The notes under the pieces: model-generated
What the model saw: the letters and a program-made list of their open reading frames with translations, nothing else
Told to the model about the DNA's origin: nothing
Databases searched by the model: none
Shown: positions 26,330 to 32,000 of the stretch, in pieces
Position numbering within the stretch: the stretch's first letter is position 1
Layout of the letters: each line of letters begins with the position of its first letter
DNA from: Okeania sp.
Lineage (GTDB): Bacteria; Cyanobacteriota; Cyanobacteriia; Cyanobacteriales; Microcoleaceae
Direction: 5' to 3'
NCBI RefSeq assembly: GCF_035285525.1
Contig: NZ_JAYKGW010000175.1
Coordinates: 1-32,000 of the forward strand
DNA length: 32,000 bases
Translations under genes and position numbers: made by a program

Positions 26330-26415
26330 AAAATAATAATCAGGACAATAAACCCAGTTTCTAGTTGAGACGTATAAGTTGTGTTAATTTTAAACTTATA
26401 CCCAAAATCCTTTTT

Positions 26416-27051
26416 CTACTGCATCATTTGGATTTGTTCAGGTTGCCAAACTTGAGACCCAGAGTTGGCTACACGAGGACGTGGTTGACTCTGTGGTGTT
26501 TCGTTAACTATACCTGCTTGAGTTCTAACTTGGACACAGCTTGGTGTAAACAGAAAAATACTTTCTCCAATCCGTTCTTGATGACCATCAAGAGCATAAG
26601 TACCACCTGCCACAAAGTCCACTGCTCGTTGAGCTTGGTCTGGGTCCATAACTGTTAAATTTAAAACCACAGATTTACGCTCTCTTAAGGCCCGAATTGC
26701 TTGAGGCATTTCTTCAAAAGTTCGTGGTTCGAGGACTACAACTTCTGACATTCCATTTAAAGCGCCTGGCATTCCAATTACATTATTCATAGGTGATCCA
26801 ATTCCAGATTCTTGTTTAACAACTCCAGTCGTACCTGTGCTAGTATTAGATGATGTTGCAACAGCAGCCCGATTTCTTAATCGACGGTTACTGCGACTTT
26901 CCTCCTCAGCAGGTACAGCAGCAGGAGGTTGCTGTTGGGGAGGATAAACGCTTTGATGCTGTTCTCCTTCCATTTCATCGTAATCATATTCGTACTCAAC
27001 TTGTTCGTTGAGTCCCACAAAATCTCGTAGTTTGGAAAAAAGGGTATTCAC
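26416..27051 (-). CDS. sepF: Cell division protein SepF
   Basis: 211 aa; [14 protein letters not shown]-terminus; conserved C-terminal domain [30 protein letters not shown]...[17 protein letters not shown]. Confidence 0.9.
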   Translation of the reverse strand: MNTLFSKLRDFVGLNEQVEYEYDYDEMEGEQHQSVYPPQQQPPAAVPAEEESRSNRRLRNRAAVATSSNTSTGTTGVVKQESGIGSPMNNVIGMPGALNGMSEVVVLEPRTFEEMPQAIRALRERKSVVLNLTVMDPDQAQRAVDFVAGGTYALDGHQERIGESIFLFTPSCVQVRTQAGIVNETPQSQPRPRVANSGSQVWQPEQIQMMQ

Positions 27052-27340
27052 AGTTAAGATTCTCCGATACTATTTCGTTAACAACTGTATTAGTATTTGT
27101 TAACAAATACACACTTGGACTAAATTAAAGTGAGAGTGTATCTACCAAATGTTTGAGACCCTAAAAATCTAGAGAGCTTAATTTTAATATCTCTTCAGAA
27201 ATGAAAATTGGGCATATAATATATTAATTTAGATCACCCACCACATGTAAAGATAAATCCACCCATGTTTTCAGCCTCTCAACCTACCTGGTAGTGTACT
27301 ATATTTTTACTTTTTAAGTTGTATTTGATATAATATCAGG

Positions 27341-28042
27341 CTATTTAATCCTCCTCTCACCAAATAAAGTTCTACCCAGTCTTATCATAGTAGCACCAGC
27401 AGATATGGCTAAATTATAATCTCCTGACATTCCCATTGACAGTTCTTGCATTTTTATATTAGACAATTTTTTTTGGTTAATTTCCTGGGCTAATTTCTGG
27501 GTTGTCTCAAATACAGATAGAGTCTGTAAATCTTCTAATCCTTGGGGTGGAATCGCCATTAAACCTTGAATATTCAAGTTTTGAAATTGATTTAACTCTG
27601 TTAAGTCACTCATTAAATCTGGTATAGTCCACCCACTTTTGTTATCATCGGGCAAAATTTTAACTTGTAGGCAGATATTAGGACTACAAGATAATTCTTC
27701 TGCTATAGTGTTAAGACGTTTGGCCAGTTTTAAACTATCTACAGAATGAATCCATTGAAATTGCTTCAAAGCTTTTATGGCTTTGTTACTTTGCAAATGG
27801 CCAATTAAATGCCAGGTAATATCTGGTAAATTTTGTAGTTGAGCTTGCTTTGTTTCTGCTTCTTGAACTCTATTTTCTCCAAAATCTCTTATTCCTGCTT
27901 GATAAGCAGCACGAATAGTATCAACTGATACTTGTTTAGTTACGGCGATTAACCGTACTGACTTAGGTAAGTTAGAGCGAATGTTAGTAATACGTTCAGC
28001 AATGGACTCAGCTATTGTCTCTTGACTCCTATTCTCACTCAT
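27341..28042 (-). CDS. pipY: YggS-family PLP homeostasis protein (PipY)
   Basis: 233 aa; RLIAVTKQVS (PLP Lys), FGENRVQEA, HLIGHLQSNK, LSMGMSGDY; immediately downstream of pipX. Confidence 0.85.
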   Translation of the reverse strand: MSENRSQETIAESIAERITNIRSNLPKSVRLIAVTKQVSVDTIRAAYQAGIRDFGENRVQEAETKQAQLQNLPDITWHLIGHLQSNKAIKALKQFQWIHSVDSLKLAKRLNTIAEELSCSPNICLQVKILPDDNKSGWTIPDLMSDLTELNQFQNLNIQGLMAIPPQGLEDLQTLSVFETTQKLAQEINQKKLSNIKMQELSMGMSGDYNLAISAGATMIRLGRTLFGERRIK

Positions 28043-28308
28043 AAAACTTTTTCAGTAAACTTTAAGTAAGGCTGGCTGATTAAATATCAAAGCACTATTC
28101 AATAGAAGAATTTTAGGTTCTGATTTCTAGGGAACCGTAAAAGTACCTTCTTTTTGTCTGATGGAGCGGCAAAATTGAGCCTAAACGGAGTAATTATGAC
28201 AGAAAAATTAAGGGGAAATTATGAATGACCACTTATTTCTACAACTTCTCTAAATCCTAACTCTTAACTACTCCCTACTCCCTACTCCCTAACTCAGCCA
28301 AGCAGTTA

Positions 28309-28578
28309 TTATTGAAAAGTATTTTTGTGAACTATCTGTAGTTTTTGGTAATCAGTCACTTGACCATTACGACGTAGATGGCGAAGACGAACTTCTACCA
28401 TTAATCGTGCTTCAGAGCGACCCACTGGTTCAAATTTTATACCAGTTGTTTCATAAGTTACTAAAAAGAATAAGCGTTGAGCATAGAGGGTAGTAAATAA
28501 TTCTTGCTTGTCTTCAACTAAGCACACCCTATATAACAAGCCAAAATTAGGATGGTTCATGTAAGTTTCGTTGGTCAT
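28309..28578 (-). CDS. pipX: PII/NtcA-interacting protein PipX
   Basis: 89 aa; NHPNFGLLYRVC...ELFTTLYAQRLFFLV...FEPVGRSEARLMVE.RLR.LRR closely parallels the remembered Synechococcus PipX sequence. Confidence 0.9.
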   Translation of the reverse strand: MTNETYMNHPNFGLLYRVCLVEDKQELFTTLYAQRLFFLVTYETTGIKFEPVGRSEARLMVEVRLRHLRRNGQVTDYQKLQIVHKNTFQ

Positions 28579-29578
28579 TTAGGCTTCAAATCAGCAGATA
28601 ATCATAAAATTTACATATTGTTTAGTGGCCTTTGTCAATTGACAGACCCTAGTATTTTAGATTTTAGACTTTCTGTTCAACCAGAAAATCTTATATTTTG
28701 TGAAATACTTTAAGTAGTGGATGAATATATCCAGAAAAAAGAAAATTTATATATAAAGATTATATTTTCTCAAAATTGTGATTGTTTGACATTAATTTAT
28801 TCAGTCTCAATCGGCAATTTTGATCTGAAAAATATCAATAACATTAATTGGAAACTTAAATTAAGTATTCCACAGCTCTTTTAACTAGAATTATACTTCA
28901 CTATGCAATAATATCAGATAATTACTTATCTTAGATTAAGAATATAGCAATCATATTTGATTTGTGTACAAAATTCAAAAGCTTTTAGGGAACAGGGAAT
29001 GGGGAACAGGGAACAGGTGGGAGTTTGAGTTTTTTTATTTACTTTTTGATATTTTGCAACCAATTTAGGATTATTATTATAGATAAGAAATTATGCCTGA
29101 AAAAAAGTTGTAGGGGTTTGGTCTTCCAACCCAAATGAAAATGGGATTTGGAAACCAAACCCCTACAGTAGGGTTTACTGAAAAAGTCTAAGTACCATTA
29201 ATAAAGCTTTTATAGCACATCAGAAACAATAACTTATAGTTGATAGCTAACGGCTAAATGGTTACCTGTCAATGCTTTGATATTTAATTAGCCAACTCTA
29301 ATTATTAATAATTAACAATTAACAATTAATTATTAATTATTGAAATTGAAGCATATATTATTTGTAAGCATTTACTGCGTAATGCTGCGCCAGCAGCGGT
29401 CAGCTATTAGCCATCAGCTAAAAGAGGAATTAGTCTTCAAAGAAAATTAAAAGTCCGACACGAAAAATATGATCAGCTAAATTTGTAAGTTATTACTTTC
29501 ATGTATTTTTTCGCGCAGGATAATCCAGGAAAAGCTGATATCTGAATGCTAATAGCTGAATGTTTATTATTATTTATT

Positions 29579-30583
29579 TTAACTTTGTCCTCCCCAGACT
29601 AACCTAATCCACCAGAATAAGCCTAAACTAATTAATACTATCCAGTCAAATACTTTTAATTTTAAATCATGCCATTCTACTCTATGTTGGTCAGCAGTTG
29701 TAAAACCTCTGACTTTCATGGCACTAGCTATTTGATATGCTCGTAAAAGTAAATTTTCTAATAATCTTTCTACTACTATTAACCATACTTGAGAAGTTTG
29801 TTTAAATCCTAGTTTTTTCCAGTTAATTGCTCTAGTTCTAACGGAACGAATTAAATTTTGAATTTCTTCTAAAACTAGAGGTATAAATCTTAAGGATAGA
29901 GTTAGAGTTAAACTTATTTCGGTCACGGGTAATTTTAATTTATTTAGAGGTTTCATTAAGTCTTCGATACCTGCTGTAATTTCTTCTGAAGCTGTGGTTA
30001 AAAGATATAGGTTAGTACTATAAATTACTGTAAATAATAGGGTGGCAATCCGAACTCCTAAATCTAAAGAATGACGGGTTATAGTAATAGGATTTTGTTG
30101 AAAAATGATGTAACTATAGGAAGTTGGTTGAGGTAGTTCAGTTAATTTTGGTGTTTGAGAAATAGCTTCTTCAGGAGTTTCTTTTCCTAGCAAACCAAAG
30201 AAGTTTTTCCAAGTTTTTGATTCTGGTTTTGGTGGTAAATTAGCAGTTTCTTGAGCAAAAGCTAATTCATCTTTTGGTAAACGAGGTTGATAATTAATTG
30301 CTAATCCATCAGGAGCGATCGCTGTACTCATTAAAAAGATTAAAGTACAGAACATTAGTAGCCAACCCATTTGTTTTTTCCAAACTCGTAAAGGTATTGA
30401 GGCAGTAAATGTCAATATAATTAGAATAGCTACTAATATTAATCGCCAAATTGAACTTGCTAATACTGGACTAACCAGAAAACTCATTAACCAAATTAGT
30501 TTAACTCTAGGGTCGAGTTTATGTAACCACGTTATGGGTTTTTCTAAATATAATCCCAGGGGAAGTGAGCGTAATAAATCCAT
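29579..30583 (-). CDS. ecfT: ECF transporter transmembrane (T) component, CbiQ/EcfT family
   Basis: 334 aa, multi-TM; LHKLDPRVKL near the N-terminus; coupling-helix signature IASAMKVRGF; long hydrophilic insert mid-protein. Confidence 0.75.
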   Translation of the reverse strand: MDLLRSLPLGLYLEKPITWLHKLDPRVKLIWLMSFLVSPVLASSIWRLILVAILIILTFTASIPLRVWKKQMGWLLMFCTLIFLMSTAIAPDGLAINYQPRLPKDELAFAQETANLPPKPESKTWKNFFGLLGKETPEEAISQTPKLTELPQPTSYSYIIFQQNPITITRHSLDLGVRIATLLFTVIYSTNLYLLTTASEEITAGIEDLMKPLNKLKLPVTEISLTLTLSLRFIPLVLEEIQNLIRSVRTRAINWKKLGFKQTSQVWLIVVERLLENLLLRAYQIASAMKVRGFTTADQHRVEWHDLKLKVFDWIVLISLGLFWWIRLVWGGQS

Positions 30584-30611
30584 ATTAAATAATACAAGGA
30601 AGAAGTAATTT

Positions 30612-30653
30612 CAGTTATCAGTTATCAGTTATCAGTTATCAGTTATCAGTTAG
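30612..30653. repeat. Heptamer array (CAGTTAT)x5 plus one variant; reads (CTGATAA)n in the ecfT sense, 29-70 nt upstream of its start
   Basis: Read directly. Confidence 0.95.
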
Positions 30654-30959
30654 CTTCCTATAGTCGGAACTACATTAACAGTAAGAAGGAGGCAGGAGGA
30701 AGTAAGAAGGAGGCAGGAATATTTTATATTAAAATTCATAGGGTTTTTCAAACTTGTGAGGTAGATAAAAAAAGTGAAATTCTTACCTGTTTCTTGTTCC
30801 CTAAAAGTACCAGGATTTCTATACACAAATCAAATAGGATTGCTATAGTATTTAGAAATAGAAAATTCAAGTATAGCAAAGTTTTTGAGAATTGGTATTA
30901 TACAACTTGAAATAAGAATGATATACAAGGAAGTTAAAATCCAAAAGCCATAGGATAAA

Positions 30960-31710
30960 ATTGCTAATATTTATGATGTACGCTGGCGTAATTATATCAT
31001 TAATACTCTGACTTTTCTCTACAATTGAGAGAAAATTATGCCCCAAGCAATAATTTTAGATGTTGCTTGGGGAACCGGATCATTTGAAAGATTATTGCTA
31101 GAAAAAAATCCCATACAGAAAATTTTAGTAATTGATATATCGGAAAAAATGTTAGACTTTGCTAGACCAAAATATAGTGCTTTTTCTAATGTCAAATTTC
31201 AACAAGCTTCAGTTCGTTAACTACCATTGAGCAGCGATTATTTTGATGCATTTGTATGTGTTAATTCTTTTCATTTTTTTGACAAACATCTATTAGCATT
31301 ACCAGAAATTAAACGGGTATTTAGCAATTAATAATTAACAATTAATAATTAATAATTGCTCCTTCTTCAAAGAAGGGGATTGACTAATCATGAAAATTTT
31401 TGATTTATTCCCTTAAAAGGGGAGGCTTCCAGGGGTGAATTGTTGAATGAATAATTATTGACTATCAACTATTAATTATTAATTATTTGGTAAAACCTAA
31501 TGGCAAAGTAATAATTCTTGACTGGAACCAAGATTATTTTTTTGTAAAATTTTCGACTGGTTCTTACAAATTTTCAATTCTGCTCATCAACAATTAGATC
31601 GGTTCTTAGTATCTGCTCATTTTAAAATACATAATACAACTAAATTTTGTCTAGGAGTTCTTTGGGGAATGATCGTTGTTACAGCTATACCCATAAAATT
31701 CCAGGGTTAA
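30960..31710 (+). pseudogene. Class I SAM-dependent methyltransferase, heavily decayed
   Basis: ILDVAWGTGSFE (motif I, Cys to Trp), LPLSSDYFDAFVCVNSFHFF, KPNGKVIILDW. In-frame TGA (31026), TAA (31218) and TAA (31329-31331), AT-rich/hairpin insert about 31322-31496, and a frameshift in the T7 run near 31537-31543. Confidence 0.7.
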
Positions 31711-31879
31711 GTAATTTGAAAATTATTTACCTTTATCAATGACGTTGTTAATAACTGGCAGAGTATGACCAAGTTTTAATCCTATTAAAGTCCAATCTTT
31801 TAAGGTAGAGCTTATTAGAAATGTGATTCCTATATTACACATTAAGCAATTTGTCAATCAAAAAATATAAAAATTATTA

Positions 31880-32000
31880 ACAGGACTTATGCAAAGGTAC
31901 TATATATAGCGTATCGGTGCGTTACGAGATACGCTTTACATGTCGCGTAGCGTTTCGGCGCTTGAGCCGACATATAAAGCGCACAACGCACAACGCACCA
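31880..32000. mobile_element. MITE copy (CAGGACTTATGCAAAGGTACTATATATAG...), cut by the window edge
   Basis: Same family as 15533-15644. Confidence 0.65.

Noticed and set aside
26365-26658. 97-aa plus-strand ORF
   Set aside because: It is antisense to the well-supported sepF gene.

Overview
This is an AT-rich cyanobacterial chromosome segment, most likely from a filamentous Nostocales-type organism. Evidence: 17 perfect HIP1 octamers (GCGATCGC), many heptamer STRR arrays, and the cyanobacteria-specific pipX-pipY pair. All calls come from motif recognition by eye; no searches were run. Intact genes: GNAT acetyltransferase, ftsW, an orphan phycobiliprotein-like gene convergent with a CRP-family regulator, a spondin_N/RTX calcium-binding protein, an SDR oxidoreductase, two BOF/YgiW-like OB-fold proteins with extreme poly-acidic tails, a small PepSY-TM-like protein, DUF4278, an OmpR-type response regulator with its histidine kinase, proC, sepF, pipY, pipX and an ECF-transporter T component. 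Decayed genes: an 8.4-kb two-module NRPS (two in-frame stops plus one frameshift in a C8/G8 palindromic insert, and an unusual truncated-A/complete-A tandem), a DUF928 gene, an IS607-like transposase remnant and a SAM-methyltransferase. Intergenic DNA is saturated with at least four MITE or hairpin repeat families. No tRNA, rRNA or CRISPR array was seen, and no canonical defence or secretion system. The best candidates for something undescribed are the acidic tandem-OB-fold gene pair with its adjacent two-component system, and the NRPS A-core duplication scar.
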